64,000 nt of DNA from Squalus acanthias (Eukaryota), in NCBI GenBank assembly GCA_030390025.1, contig CM059438.1, positions 65,908,001 through 65,972,000 on the forward strand, written 5' to 3'. Position numbers and translations under genes: made by a program. This document shows positions 33,630 through 47,489 of this stretch, one piece after another (position 1 is the first letter of the stretch; each line of letters starts with the position of its first letter). The notes under the pieces were generated by a model. It saw only the letters and a program-made list of their open reading frames with translations. It had not been told where the DNA came from and ran no database searches.

Positions 33630-36600
33630 TCTATTATGTGGTACCTTATCGAAGGCCTTTTGGAAATCTAGATATATTATATCTACTACATTACCCTTGT
33701 CTACTCTCTCTGTTACCTCTTCAAAGAAGTCAATGAGGTTGGTCAAGCAAGACTTTCCCTTTTGAACTCCACGTTGACTATTCATTATATCTTTGGTTTC
33801 TAGATGTTTTTCTATTTTCTCCTTTAGTAGGGATTCCATTATTTTTCCTATTACTGATGTTAAGCTGATGTTCCCTGGACATGTTCTATCTCCCTTCTTA
33901 AATATAAGTATAATGTTAGCTATCCACCAGTCCTCTGGCACTATACCTTTTTCTAACAAATTATTAAGTATGTGTAATAGTGCCTCTGCTATCTCTTCCC
34001 TGGATTCTTTTAAAAGACGCGGATGCAATTCATCCAGAACAGGCATTTTATCCTCTTTGAGTTTGATAAGTTTATTTAATATTTCTCCTTTGTATTTTAA
34101 ATATGGTTATAACATTTCGAATCTTATCTTCTGATGTCATGTCCACCTGATCCGTCTCCCTGGTAAATACTGAAGCAGAATAATTATTTCATATTTCTGC
34201 CATTTCGCTATTGCTGCCTGTGATTTATCTTCACCGTCCCTTAGTGGCCCTATTCCCATCCCGACTTTCTTTTTTTAAATTTATGTGTCTGTAGAATATT
34301 TTACTATTTTGTTCTAAGTTCCTTGATAATTTAGCTTCATCTTTCTTTGTTGCCTTCCTAATTTTTTTTTTTACTTTAGTCTCTTCTTATTCTCCCTTGT
34401 CATGCTCTCCCCTGCTGTCCATGTAATTAATTTATGCCTCTTTACTTACCCTCAATTTTTCTCATGTCTTTATTCATCCATGGTGTCTCATTAGTGCTTA
34501 GTTTGTTCTTGTTTTTTAGTGGAATAAATTTTTCCTGGGCTCTGTTGAACCCCGTTTAAAATATTTCCCATTGCTGTTCTATAGGATTCCCCAATTAGAA
34601 AATAAAATCATTCCTCATCTGCTTTGTTAATTCTCTTAACGATTTTAAACCCCTCAAACAGATCACACTTTAACCTCTTCACCTCTAGGCAATGTAATGC
34701 AAATTTACCCAGACTCTCAGGTCAGTATATTCTTCATAAATAAGGGCAGCTAAAACCAAGAACATCCCTCCAAACAAGGTCTAACCAACACTCTGGAACT
34801 GCAATAGTGCTTCCTAGGTGTGAGAATAGAAACCACAGAAGTCATTGAAACTGACGTCTTTAACTTGAACACAGAAAGAGAAATGGACATTCATTCTTGC
34901 TGTCACTGGCAAATATTAACTTTTTGCTGAGTGGAAGGAAAACAGTGGGGCATTGTAACTTTAAACAGCGATGTACCGTCAACATTATTGTTACCCTGAA
35001 CTTGAACACGCCCATTTCAAATAAACCGATTTTTTTCCTTAGATTAAACAACGTTTTATTGAATATTAATATCAAACTCAGTCATCTACTGCAGAATGCA
35101 GTGCTATACAAACAGTTATAACATAACTTACTCACCAGGGCATCTGAATCTAAATTGGACCCAGTTTGGGTTTCTAGTGACTGGGGTTCATGGTTCAGTT
35201 TGGTTCTCATTCATTCCTGCTATTAGATAATTGATTCACCCACCATCAACCTCAGATAAGCTCTGCATCGCATCCGTGCCTCAGGGGTCTGGTGAAAGTA
35301 TTTTTTATTTAAATTGTACATTTCGTCATGTTTACAACCTAAATTAGTTATCCACAATTTGCATTGTTATTTAGATGGTTAAGTCAATTTATTTGGGTTA
35401 TTGGGTTAATATACACACGTAATGTCTGCGTTGGGGGCCTTATTCTGCTTTCTGCAGACAGTCAGCTCTTGCAATTGAATCATATTTGAGCGGAGGTCTT
35501 TCTGGGTTCACTGAATTTTGCAAGGAGGAACATATCCTGTATATATTTAGAGGTAGAATAACAGATGGCTGGCAGGGAGATACAATCAGTAATTGAGAGG
35601 GTCTGATAGCTTTGCCGCTGCTGTTTCCAACATCATCAGAATTCTGTGATTCACTGTGTGTCCCTGTCAGCCTTTCTTTGTTATATAATTTTCAGACTAT
35701 TCACTAGATAATATTTATACTTTGTAGTAAAGCTCGTTTTCAACTGCTGGCTGGTGCTGACTACCATGGTTTTTTTTGTGTGTGGTGTCGTTAAGAAGGA
35801 TTTGGACTGTGGCTGATGCAATATTTTTCTTTGATTGTGATGGAAAGGGAAAATAATAACATGTATTTTGATATTTTGGAGAAGCAACTTGAGATCTAGG
35901 TAGTCTTAAGGAAGACAGGCAACCTCAGTGCTAAACATTATTTTGATGGAACCACATAGGCAGCACAATAGAGGTTAACAATACGATGTATGTGGAAGGT
36001 ACAATGATCTCCAAAACGCGTGCAAGTAAAATAGAGGCGGTCTCTCCCACTGTGTCCTCCAAAGACTAGTGCATCATTAAGGAAAAGCAATAAGTTGGAG
36101 TGCAGAGGGACATATCAAAGGGACAGAAATATCGGATGATGGAGTGTTGGTTCTGTTCAAGGCAACACAAAAGTTATGAAGGTAGATTACAGGTGTGAAT
36201 TATGAGGGGTTAGTTGAAACCGATGTTCCCATATCATAGGTTTTTCCCGACTACCCTTCCGAATTTTCTACCTTAAGCCTTGCTGCAGGTCCTTCCTTTT
36301 TTCTGGCATACAGCTATAAGTGAAATGGAAACAGGCAAACCCAAGAAGAGAATGGAGACTTGAAAATGTATTTGCTAAAAATTGAGAAATATTGCTAATT
36401 GTGCCTCAAATACTTCTGCAACCTATGATATCACTTGAGTGGCATACTGATTTTGATATCTTCCTTTGTGTGTCCAACTTGGACATGTTTCTTAAGTTAA
36501 CAGATATTCCGCTAGATACGCGAGTGTTGCAGGGAGAGGAATTGGCAGTGAATGAGATAGCAAGCAAAATTATGCCTTGAACCAACCAGCTGGTTCATCG

Positions 36601-36865
36601 CCAAATGGGGAGGCAGAACTTGGCAATAGATGGAAGAAGCTGACCACAAGAGAGAGGGCAACCCTGGTTCTTTTACCAAAGTTACATAGTACTTTGCCAA
36701 TATAACAGCACTGATTATACTTCAGAGTATCTCATTGTCTCTGAAGCACTTGGTAGGTTTTTGAGAGGTGTAGTAAGATGTAGTAAGAAGCACATTTCTC
36801 TGTGAGGCTCATCTTTTTTTTCTGCTTTTGTCCTTAGCAAATGACTGTTCTGATTTGGACTTCAT

Positions 36866-37329
36866 GGGCCAAAATTAAGCACTCAGGTGAGGTATAACAG
36901 CTCCGTTGACATTGTCCCAACAATGGGGCACTTGGTGCCCATTCTTCAGATGCTATGCGGCCTCCTAAGGCCGCAAAATAGCACACACTTTGGACTGGAA
37001 GTGCACCCTCTGCGTTTTTGGGTAAGGACAAACAAGAGGCGTCCTTTACCCATTCCTGAAGCAGCATTAGGGCCTTTGCATATGCAAATAAGTGGCCTAA
37101 CGCCTGCTTCAGGTCCCTGCTGCAACATTGGTTTTCCCTGAGGCAGCTAAACCTAAACATCACCTCCAAAACAAAAGCTAAGTTATAAAGGTATGGCCGC
37201 CGCTCCCAGTCCTGAGATCCTTGGCTTCCAGGCATTGGCCCCGACATCCAATGTCCCTCCCCAATATCCAGGGCTCCCTGGACCTCACCATTTGTGTGCA
37301 GGGTAATTGGTGCTCCCGAATTCAACCCC
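36866..37329. mobile_element. Probable Harbinger-type MITE
   Basis: Ends GGGCCAAAATT...GAATTCAACCCC and GC-rich interior like other such elements here. TSD not clear. Confidence 0.45.
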
Positions 37330-39718
37330 AAATAATGTGTCTTAACTTCAACATCAGAAAAGTGCCCTCCGTTGATTTATTGTGAACTTTTCTTTTTCAC
37401 TTTTTAAGTCAGGTTTCTCCAAATAGTCTAACAAAAAACTGTTGGGGTGGGGGGAAGCTTATCAACTCTTTATCAAGCCAAATTCTTTCCTCCCCACTCT
37501 CTTATCTTGCCTTAACTCTCACCAACTGTGGCAAAAAGATTCACCGGGGGACCTACTTCCAGTCCTCTACCAATGTAGCTCTCAGCCAGCTGCTGGGAAC
37601 ACCTTGTTCCGATATATTTTCCCTTCCCCATGTGAAATATTGCCAGGTGTCTCTTTGGGGATGCTCAACAATGGCACAGATGAGATGGGGATTTCAAAAG
37701 TGTGGTGGAATTGAAATGCAAAGCTATGACTTATGCACTGATGTTGCATATTGGAGCACTGAAATATTGCACCATTCCATCTAAGCTTTGAACTTCCGAC
37801 ATCCTCTCGATTTATGCGTCTAGTCTAATTTAACACTTTGAGATTGAGATCTTGACACTGAATATTTCCTTAACATGAAATTCAGTTAATGCTTTTAGTT
37901 AGTATTTCATCACCATCAGTTCCTCAACTTAAGAGTTCTGAAAAATTGATTTAGGATTATTGGATATGTCGCTCAAGCCTGGCAGGATCGCCTTCCAAAA
38001 AATGATTTAGAGACATGTGGTGCTAGTTTCTGTTTTGAAGTGATTCTGGCAGCGGCACTGTCAAATTTTACGTTATCTTTCCATTAACAAAAGGACATGA
38101 TGTTAAAAAGCAACTTTTTTGATGTGTCAAGAAAGTAAAAAATGTGGTATATTTTTGCCAAACATCAATGATAGTTGTCAGATCTACATTTGCATTGATC
38201 TTGGGTGAATTCCTGATAGAACAATGGTCTGTTTTTCACTGTAATGGGTCTTAGTCCCCTCATAGCAACGGTGCTTGTTTTAGTAATCGATTGGCATAAT
38301 GGGATTTTTTTCTCCCCGCCTCCCCACCCCACAATAATTGGAGTTTCAATCTCATTCAGCTCACTATAATCTGTTTATAATATACTGCAAACCTCAAGTA
38401 ACTTTTAGATTCAGCTTCATAAATATGAATTATTTGCTCACTCTTTTGATCTTCGTGCGTCTTAGTAGAACAGGTCTCCAATCATGTGTTAGGCTTTTTT
38501 TACGTCAGGTTATTTAAGCCATTTTAAAATCCAGAATAATTCTTCCTTTTCCAAAATGCTCCTATTGCTGGGGAAAGGTGCAGGATTCAGTAGTATAGAC
38601 ACGTTGTTTGTGTCTGTTGAAACTGCTTTGCAACAGTGGGTATGTTGACTGCATTGGCAAAGTATTGCTGTCCTCCTCCTCCTCCAACATGATCAAGATG
38701 TTGTCGGGCTGTCAGCTTTGACAAAATGACCAAAGTAACACTGCAGGAGAGGCTGGTGCTCAAGCAAGGCCTTCACTGATGAGTCGAGCAATCAAGCTTT
38801 TACAACCTTCCTCTTGACTTTCTGTCGATCAAAAAATATTCCAAGTGGAATATCATCTGCGGAGGTTTGTGCACAACTAATTTATGCACCTCTCTCCCAG
38901 ATAGTGTCGCGCTCTTGAAAAGTATCTTCCATGTAGAGATTCAGTCACATTCAGCAATTACTGCTGAGCCTGAGCTGTTAGAACATGTATTTGGCTGCAT
39001 GAGAGTCTGACTTGCCCCTGGGCACCCAACACAAACGCTCTACTTATTGTGCTAATGGCAGCTACCAGGTTGAATTTGATCAGATCTGCCTTCAGTGCAG
39101 CTGTTTATGGCAGCATTCTATTGGGAGTGTTACCCAATAAATATGAAACACAAGGAGAAATTCCACTTGCAATTTCAGCAATGGGATTTTGCTGCATTAA
39201 AGGTGCTACATCAATGCAAGATGTTGTCTAAGAAAATCTAGCTTCAGGAACAGCCAGAATAAATGATCCAACCACTATAATACCTTGGGATGAGGATTTT
39301 CCGACCCAGTCCATTTTCAGCACCTTGAGCAGCCTCATTAGACATCTGCCATCTTCTCCCTTCTTCCAGAGACCCAGAAGTAGGAAGAAGGAAGCTCCAG
39401 ACACCCTCTGTTACCCTCCTCCCCCACCTCCTTCGTCCATCACTCCATCCAGTCCTTCTGCAGCAAGGATGGACTCAGCTGCAAATTGCTGGTTAAATAG
39501 CTGGTGGGAGAAGCGTGGTTCCCAGTTTTGCGTTCAAAGCTTATTTCTCGTCTTGGGTATTAATCTTCACCGAGCTTCAGGAGTTATTAAAGGGGCTGTG
39601 ACTTGACTGCAGGGTGACAGTATTTTTGCAGAGCAAGGTGGATCACTGACCCTGCTGCTACTGATGTTTTTATCCCAATTATTCACTTCTCTTTGTCCTG
39701 TCCTATCCTGAAACCCTG

Positions 39719-40775
39719 GGGGCAATTTCCAATGGATCCTTCAAGTGCTAAAGAGCCTCTGAGGTGGCCAAGATGGGGTCTTGAGCAAAAACGAGCTTTA
39801 GCCCGTGTTTAGCGCAAGACGCCATCTTGGTAAAGGAGTTGAATCTTGCGCTAGGAACGGTCGCCTGGAGGATCGTTAAGGGGATGATTGCCACTTAAAT
39901 TGCCTGCTAGCGCTCATTAATGAAGCTGCTCGGCACTTTGGTGGATAGCACTTGACTTAATGCCCTCTCCTAACAGCAACCAGCTGATTGGGAGTAAACA
40001 AGTCATTGCAGAGGATTTCGAGCACTACTTAAAGGTATATCACCTTTTACTATTCACTTGCTGCTGGAGGTTTGAAGAGGATTTTTGAAACACATTGGGA
40101 CACTTTCAGGGACACTTTGTCAAGACTTCACTAACACTCCATCTACATTTATTCTGGAAATTTTCTGAGGACTTCACCTAAAAAGTGTGAGTGCTGTGCT
40201 ACTCTGCCTTAATGGACACCTTATAGGAGTCACCAGGAGAAAGGGAGTGCTTGGTCATGGGCATCTTGCTAGGAGTTCCCCCTTGGTCTGCAGGAGGAAT
40301 GGGAGGAGGACATGAGGCCAGGCAGTGCAGCACCAGCTGCTTCAGGAGAGAGGGACAGGATGGATAGGAGGGGGGAGGTGGACTCCTTCCACCCTGCGAC
40401 ACAGGACATCTCTCCTCTTCTGTACCTCCTCCACTAGGACCTCCAGTGCTGTGTCTGAGAACCTATGTACCCTCTCCCTCGGTCGCTGGGCCATCCTGCC
40501 GCTGTGTTTCAGCCAGCGCACTCCACATCTTCAGTGGAAGTGGGTGTATGGAGCCCACATATACTGCGAAAATTGCGTCTAATCAGCACTTGACTGCTAA
40601 ACCTGCATGTGCCTGCTTTAGCACCTCCAGGCAAGTTCAAATTATGGTAATCAGCAATTAGGGCCAAAATTGTGTGCTAAAACCAGACATTCAAACAGGC
40701 GTGTCTTATTAGAAAAGCACCCATTTAGCGCCTTCACCTTTAGCGTTTTCACCTTTTCACCAAATTAATTGCCTC
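39719..40775. mobile_element. Probable degenerate Harbinger derivative
   Basis: Ends GGGGCAATTT...AATTAATTGCCTC with CTG/TTG flanks. Subterminal sequence resembles that of the element at 2640-2885. Confidence 0.45.
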
Positions 40776-41564
40776 TTGCCAGGGTAATGATTTAATAAGG
40801 CAAACCCACAATATCCAGACCCTCACAGCCAAACTCAATCCTACCCCGACCTCATATCTTCACCAATGCATTTTTCCAGTATGGATCAATGGATTGTGAT
40901 CAACTGGCTGATTCTTCTACCTCCTGTTTTGAGGGTGGTTGCAGCACTCCTACAGCAAGCTCACTTGAGATTCGTGAACTCAGTACAGAGCAGAAATTAA
41001 GTTGGTCTGTGTGAGCTCAGTAGGACATCAGGTAATGCAATTACTCACTGCTTCATTGACGTAGTCCTAATTAATTTTTAAAAATCCAATAGAACTTGGA
41101 CTGCGGCAGATTTATGGCCTAATGCAGCTCAGACACTCCCTTTAGTGGAGTTTTCAGAGTTGTCTGGTGAGTTAGCCTCCAGAAAAATAGAATCTCATGA
41201 GGTAAGCAACAGCCTTTAATTAAAAAACTGATCGGAGATTGGTGGGAATTTTAACCTCCAGAAACGGGTGGGTTTGGGCCAGGTGGGATGTAAAAAATTT
41301 TTAAATCTCAAATCAGAACCCAACCCGTCTTGAACCCGCCCACTTCCAGTTTAAACGGAGGCGGGAAGGGAAACGGGCAACCAACCCATTTGCAGGAGGC
41401 CTCCCCGTAAATATCGGGGCCAAACTCTCTCTCGCTGTGCTGCCATGTTCATCTGGTCTATTCAAATTTCCAATAAATATTTTAAAGATATTTTAAATAT
41501 GTTAAAATATTTATTGGCAATTTAAATAGACTTGCTTAGAGAAGTGTAGACCCCTCCCAAATCT

Positions 41565-43800
41565 AATAACAACAACAACTTGTATTTATATTGCACCTTT
41601 AATGTAGTAAAACGTCCCAAGTCGCTTCACAGGAGTGTGATAAGACAAAAAATTTGACACCGAGCCACATAAGGAGAATTTAGGGCAGGTGACCAAAAGC
41701 TTGGTCAAAGAGGTAGGTTTTAAGGAGCGTCTTAAAGGAGGAGAGAGAGGTGGAGAGGTTTAGGGAGGGAATTTCAGAGCTTAGGGCCGAGGCAACAGAA
41801 GGCACGGCCATCAATGGTTGAGCGACTATAATCAGATGCTCAAGAGGGCAGAATTAGAGGAGTACAGATATCTCGGCGGGGGGTTGTGGGGCTGGAGGAG
41901 ATTACAGAGATAGGGAGGGGCGAGGCCATGGAGGGATCTGAAAACAAGGATGAGAATTTTTAAATCAAGGTGTTGCTTAACCGGGAGTCACTGTAGGTCA
42001 GCGAGCACAGGGGTGATGGGTGAACAGGACGTGGTGTGAGTTAGGACACGGGCAGCTGAGTTTTGGATGACCTCAAGTTCACGTAGGGTTGAATGTGGGA
42101 GGCCAGCCAGGAGTGCATTGGAATAGTCAAGTCTAGAGGTAACAAAGGCACGGATGAGGGTTTCAGCAGCGGATGAGCTGAGGCAAGGGCGGAGACGGGC
42201 GATGTTATGGAGGTGGAAATAGGCGGTCTTAGTTATTCTGTGGATATGTGGTCGGAAGCTCATTTCAGGGTCAGGTATGACACCAAGGCTGCGGACAGTG
42301 TGGTTCTGCCTCAGACAGATGTTAGAGAGAGGGATGGAGTCAGTGGCTAGGGAACGGAGTTTGTGGTGGGGACCGAAAACAATGGCTTTGGTCTTCCCAA
42401 TATTCAATTGGAGAAAATTTCTGCTCATCCAGAACTGGATGTCGGCCAAGCAATCTGACAATTTAGAGACCGTGGAGGGGTTGAGAGAAGAGGTAGTGAG
42501 GTAGAGCTGGGTGTCGTCAGCATACATGTGGAAACTGACACTGTGTTTTTGGATGATGTCGCCAAGTGCCAGTATGTCGATGAGAAATAGGAGGGGGCCA
42601 AGGATAAATCCTTGGTGGACACCAGAGGTAATGATGTGGGAGCGGGAAGAGAAGCTGTTGCTTCTCTGGCTATGATTAGATAGATAAGAATAGAACCAGG
42701 TGAGTGCAGTCCCACCCAGCTGGACGATGGTGGAAAGGCGTTGGAGAAGGATGGAGTGGTCAACCATGTCAAAGACTGCAGACAAGTCAAGAAGGATGAG
42801 GAGGGATAGTTTCCCTTTGTCACAGTCACAAAGGATGTCATTTGTGACTTTGATGAGAGCTGTTTCGGTACTGTGGCAAGGGTGGAAACCTGATTGGAGG
42901 GATTCAAACATGGAGTTGCGGGAAAGATGGGCACTGATTTGGGAGTCGACAACACGTTCAAGGACTTTGGAGAGGAAATGGAGGTTGGAGATGGAGTGGT
43001 AGTTTGCAAGGACAGAGGGGTTGTTTTTTTGAGGAGAGGGGTGATGACGGCAGATTTGAGGGAGGGGGGACAGTACCTGAGGAGAGGGAACCGTTAACAA
43101 TGTCAGCTAACATGGGAACCAGAAAAGGAAGTTGGGTGGTCAGCAATTTGGTGGGAATAGGGTCGAGAGAACAGAAAGTGGGTCTCATGGACAAGATGAG
43201 CATGGAGAAGTCATGAGGGGAGATCAGAGAGAAACTGGAGAAAGATGTGAGTTCAGGGCTACGGCAGGGGGGACCTTAGAGGAAATTTGGCCCGGTGGGC
43301 ATGGGGAAGGAAGGGAAGTGGCAGAGGCAGCTGAACAGATGGTCTCAATCTTAGAGACAAAGAAGTCCATGAGCTCCTCACACTTGTTGTCGCAGGTGAG
43401 GGTGGAGGAGACAGGGGAGAGGGGTTTAAGAAGACGGTTAGCAATGGAGATTAGAAACTGGGGTTTATCTTTACATTCCAGAATGATTCTGGAATAGTGA
43501 GCAATTTTGGCAGACAAGAGCAGGACCCGATAATGTTTTACGTGGTCCAGCCAGATCAGTGAATGGCTAAACCAGTTGTCCGCCACAGCCATTCAAGTCC
43601 CATGGACTTAATGGAGCAAAGATGAGGGCTGTACAAGGGGGAACAGCCAGGGTGAAAGTGAGTAATTGTTTCAATAGGGACTAGGGCATCAAAGGTGGTG
43701 GTGAGGGTGTGGTTGAGCAGATCGGTAGCTGCAGAATTGTCATGGTGAATGGAAGGCCAAAGGCTGGACAGTTGGGATTTCATAAGTGCAGTTGTAAAAG
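41565..43800 (-). mobile_element. L2 LINE, ~2.2 kb 5'-truncated
   Basis: RT ORF, upstream ORF2 linker fragments and (CAA)n tail. Confidence 0.93.
41988..43100 (-). pseudogene. L2 reverse transcriptase domain
   Basis: LANYHSISNLHFLSKVLERVV, QSGFHPCHSTETAL, LLDLSAVFDMVDH, GVHQGFILGPLLF, HMYADDTQLY, WMSRNFLQLNIGKTK, SRLDYSN. Frameshifted at both ends. Confidence 0.92.
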
Positions 43801-44199
43801 AGTTGGGAGAGAGTTTTTTCCAGGAGTGGTCACAGAAGGCAGTAGGGTTGGGTAGTGGGTAATGTGGTTGGAGAGCTCATGGTTCTTTGATTTCATTCAC
43901 AGTATTAGCATGACCCCAGTAAACATGGCTGTTTTTTTTCTTATTGAACCATATATTAAAGTATCTGCGATCGGGGTTGAAGAAGGAAAACTGTGAGGCA
44001 GTGAATGGTTTAGTCATTAATTCAATCTTGTACTTTAATAATGCTTCTAAATTCTCCACTTACAGTCCTATTGCATACTGCAATAACAGGCAATATCAAT
44101 CAAGCATTTACCATGTGGAGTTCTATGCCTGATGTCCTTTATGGGGGTCCCGTTTCATTTTTCCAATGACTACAGACAAATCTTTCACGTACTCCAGTG

Positions 44200-44630
44200 T
44201 TAGCTTGTCTCAGTTGGTAGCATCCTCGTCCTGAAGTCAGAAGTTCATGGGTTCAGGCCTATTAGGGACTTCCGCATGCAATCTAGGCTGGCACTGCAGT
44301 ACAGAACTGAGTGAGTTCAGCATCATAGGGTGCCACCATATGGATATGATGTTAAACTGAGACCCCATCCACCTGTTGAACTGTATGTACAAGATCCCAT
44401 ACCACGATTTGAAGAAGGACAAGGAGTTCTCTTGGTGTTCCGGCTAATATTTCTCCCTCAACCAACAGCACCCAAAATAAATGTGGTTATTCATTCATAG
44501 CTGTTGACGGGATCTTGATGAGTACAAATTGGCTCCCGCCATTGCCTACATTACAACAGTGACAACACTTTGGAAATAATCCATTGGTCGAAAAGTGTTT
44601 TGGGAATGCAAAACGCTGGTGCAAAACTTA
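44200..44630 (+). mobile_element. Deu-type SINE, diverged full length
   Basis: Head TGTCTCAGTTGGTAGCA...GGGTTCAGG, core and tail. Confidence 0.7.
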
Positions 44631-46380
44631 GCTGTACAAATTATGAAATTCCTCAATCCAGTCCCTTGTGCATTTGGGTGTGCTGTTCTCAGTCAGTGAG
44701 GTCTCAACAATTGGCCTCAGTGCCTATGCTAGGGAGAATAACCAGCCAGGGCTCCTGTGCATGATCTAGCCAGTCATCCCTATTTTTGCTTTTTGGCATT
44801 GGATGACGACCCAGAAGAACTGCCCATCACTTTCATCGTTACACCACATGCAGGTGTTTGATTCTGTTAATCACTATATTTGCCAGCAAGTGAATGCAAT
44901 TCATCAACACAGTGCTCCTTTAACATTTTGTCCTAGTTCATATCGCCATTTTAAGTCAGAGTGGTGAATCTGGATAAGACATAAATCAAGATCAATCAAT
45001 GTTGGCCTACTTCAATTTGGTGGTAAAAGGCAGACAACCCTGAAGCACTTCTCCTTCAAACACATCTGGAAAAAAAAGGTAGAAATGACTTGATCTATGT
45101 TTTCTATCCTTGTATTTGTGGTAATTTGGACCTCTTTAGCTGAATCGGACTCAGTAAACAATTACAACTGCCCAGCTCATCAGTCTGAAGCCATGGCTGT
45201 GATGGGAGTAATTACTCATCACCTGCATCCAATTACTCCCTGCACTGAGAAATTCTCAAATGACGAGCTCACCGCAGTTCAGTTGGATGTTGGGAACTGG
45301 TAGTTAATGAGCAAAAGCTTGTTCATTTTAATTTGGTGCCTGCGTCAAAGCCGAGAACTAAGGACAAAGCATGGGCAGAGCAATGGGAAATCAGAAATCC
45401 GCAGCCAGGTCATTTATTAGCCCTGTGGTGCCTCTCGTTTATACTGGCGCTAATTTGCCCAGATTGTAACCGGACTCAGACAGTGGGATAACAGTAATTT
45501 CAGGGATGATCAGCCTCTAATATGCATTGTAATCAGAGCAACAAGGCAGAGCATATGGGTACCGTAATGATAACAGCCAACTGCACAAGACACAGGGATT
45601 CTTCTAGTGTGGGGGTGGAAGCAGAGAGAGAAGCAAGCAATCTCCAAGGAGTGTCTCCAGTTGAGGGTTGGCATGGAGCTGTATTTCTAATGAACTGCCA
45701 AGCCACAAGAGGCTGATTAAAACCACCCATATTTCTTGAAGGTTGAGGTGGGAAAATGGAAGGCTCGTAAAGGCCAATTTGTTTTATGCAAACATTTCAA
45801 TCATGTTTAATTTCTCATCTCGAAGTAAAATCTGGGATCTGTAAATCAAAGGCTCCAAGATTGTGATTTGCGTTGGATCTCTGGTAGAGAATATTGAAGC
45901 TGCTAATTGGTTATTCCTTCAGGCATTTATTTAAACAGCTAAACTCCAAGATTAGCTGCATTAGGTTTTACAGCTTTGGAGTTTAGTGGTTTCTCGTTAA
46001 ATGTTAAGTTACTGTTTTTATTAAAACAAAACAAACTTGCCCCACTGATCGAGGACGCCAGTCGTGGTGTTATTTTCTCCCAAAAGTCCCGACCTGCACA
46101 TCACGACAAACGTGTGCAATTAGAGGACTTAAATCACTGTAACAAAAGCTTGCATGCCAAAAGCACCGTTAACGCAGCCCTTGGACATGATGGTCAGGGG
46201 AAGCTCAGACAACCAAAGCAGTTGAGTGAACAATGATTTCCACGTGGGAATTTTGTGGGATGATTTACGGATTGTAAAACGGGAGCTCCGCACCGTGCAT
46301 ATCACAGGAGAAATCTTTGGACTGAGTAATGGTTTAGAATTCTGAAGATTGTTATGTGCTATCCTGACATAATGTGGATC

Positions 46381-47040
46381 AACAACAACAACAACTTGCA
46401 TTTATTTATAGCACCTTTAATGCAGTAAAACGTCCCAAGGTGCTTCACAGGAGCGTTATCAAACAAAATTTGACACCGAGCCACATAAGGAGATATTAGG
46501 TCAGATGACCAAAATCTTGGTCAAAGAGGTAGGTTTTAAGGTGCATCTTAAAGGAGGACAGAGAGGTAGAGAAGTGGAGGGTTTTAGGGAGTGAGTTCCA
46601 GAGCTTAGGGCCACGGCAGCTTAAGGCACGACCGCCAACAGTGGAATGATTAAAATCGGGGATACGCAAGAGGCCAGAATTGGAGGAACGTTGCTTAACT
46701 GAGTGCCAATGTAGGTCAGCAAGCACTGGGGTGTTGGGTGAACAGCACCTGGTGCGAGTTAGGATATGGGCAGCAAAGTTTTGGATGACCTTAAGTTTAT
46801 GTAGGGTGGAAGATGGGAGGCCGGCCAGGCGTGCGTTGGAATAGTCAAGTCTAGAGGTAACAGAGGCATGAATGAGGGTTTCAGCAGCAGATGAGCTGAT
46901 GCAAGGGCAGAGTCGGGCGATGTTACGGAGGTGGAGATAGGCGGTCTTAGTGATGGCACGGATATGTGGTCAGAAGCTCAACTCAGGGTCAAATATGACA
47001 CCAAGGTTGCGAACAGTCTAGTTCAGCCTCAGACATTTAC
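46381..47040 (-). mobile_element. L2 LINE 3' fragment
   Basis: LADLHW...GGRALSCRGPKLWNSLPK...FKMHLKTYLF; (AAC)n tail. Confidence 0.88.
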
Positions 47041-47489
47041 CAGAAGGATCAACCTTCTCTTTGCACATAACTAATAATTACAAGTGCAACTTAGTCTATT
47101 TGCTACACTGAACTATACCTGCCAATAATGGCATTCAAGGATAATCAAGAGTCCCCGTTTAATTTGTCGGACACCGTGAGTTTTCAGGTTTTGATAGGCA
47201 CATTTAGATTACCCAGTCAAGTTCCCAGCATTTGCAGTAAGGAGACACATTATTCCATTAAAAAAAAAGATGTACCTGAGTTGGGGGTGGGAAGTGCTAG
47301 CAACTAACTTTGGGTGGTCTCCTATACCCAAAGCCTTGACTCCTGCTGGTCTCCCAAACCCAAAGCCCTGACTCTGCTGGTCTTCTAGACCCAAAGGCTT
47401 GCCTCCCGCTGGCCTTTTAAAACTGAGGTAAGCATCAGCTTTAAAGATAGTAAATTCCACTGGACGCACCAATAACAGCTACTTATTGT

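Larger units (their letters stand above)
32262..34590 (-). mobile_element. CR1 LINE, ~2.1 kb 5'-truncated, with RT remnant, interrupted by a PLE-derived insert
   Basis: ELHPRLLKE, GKSCLTNL, YLDFQKAFDKVPH, VPQESVLGP, SKFADNTKLGG, QRDLGVQI. (GGATTACATA)-type terminal repeats. Confidence 0.92.
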
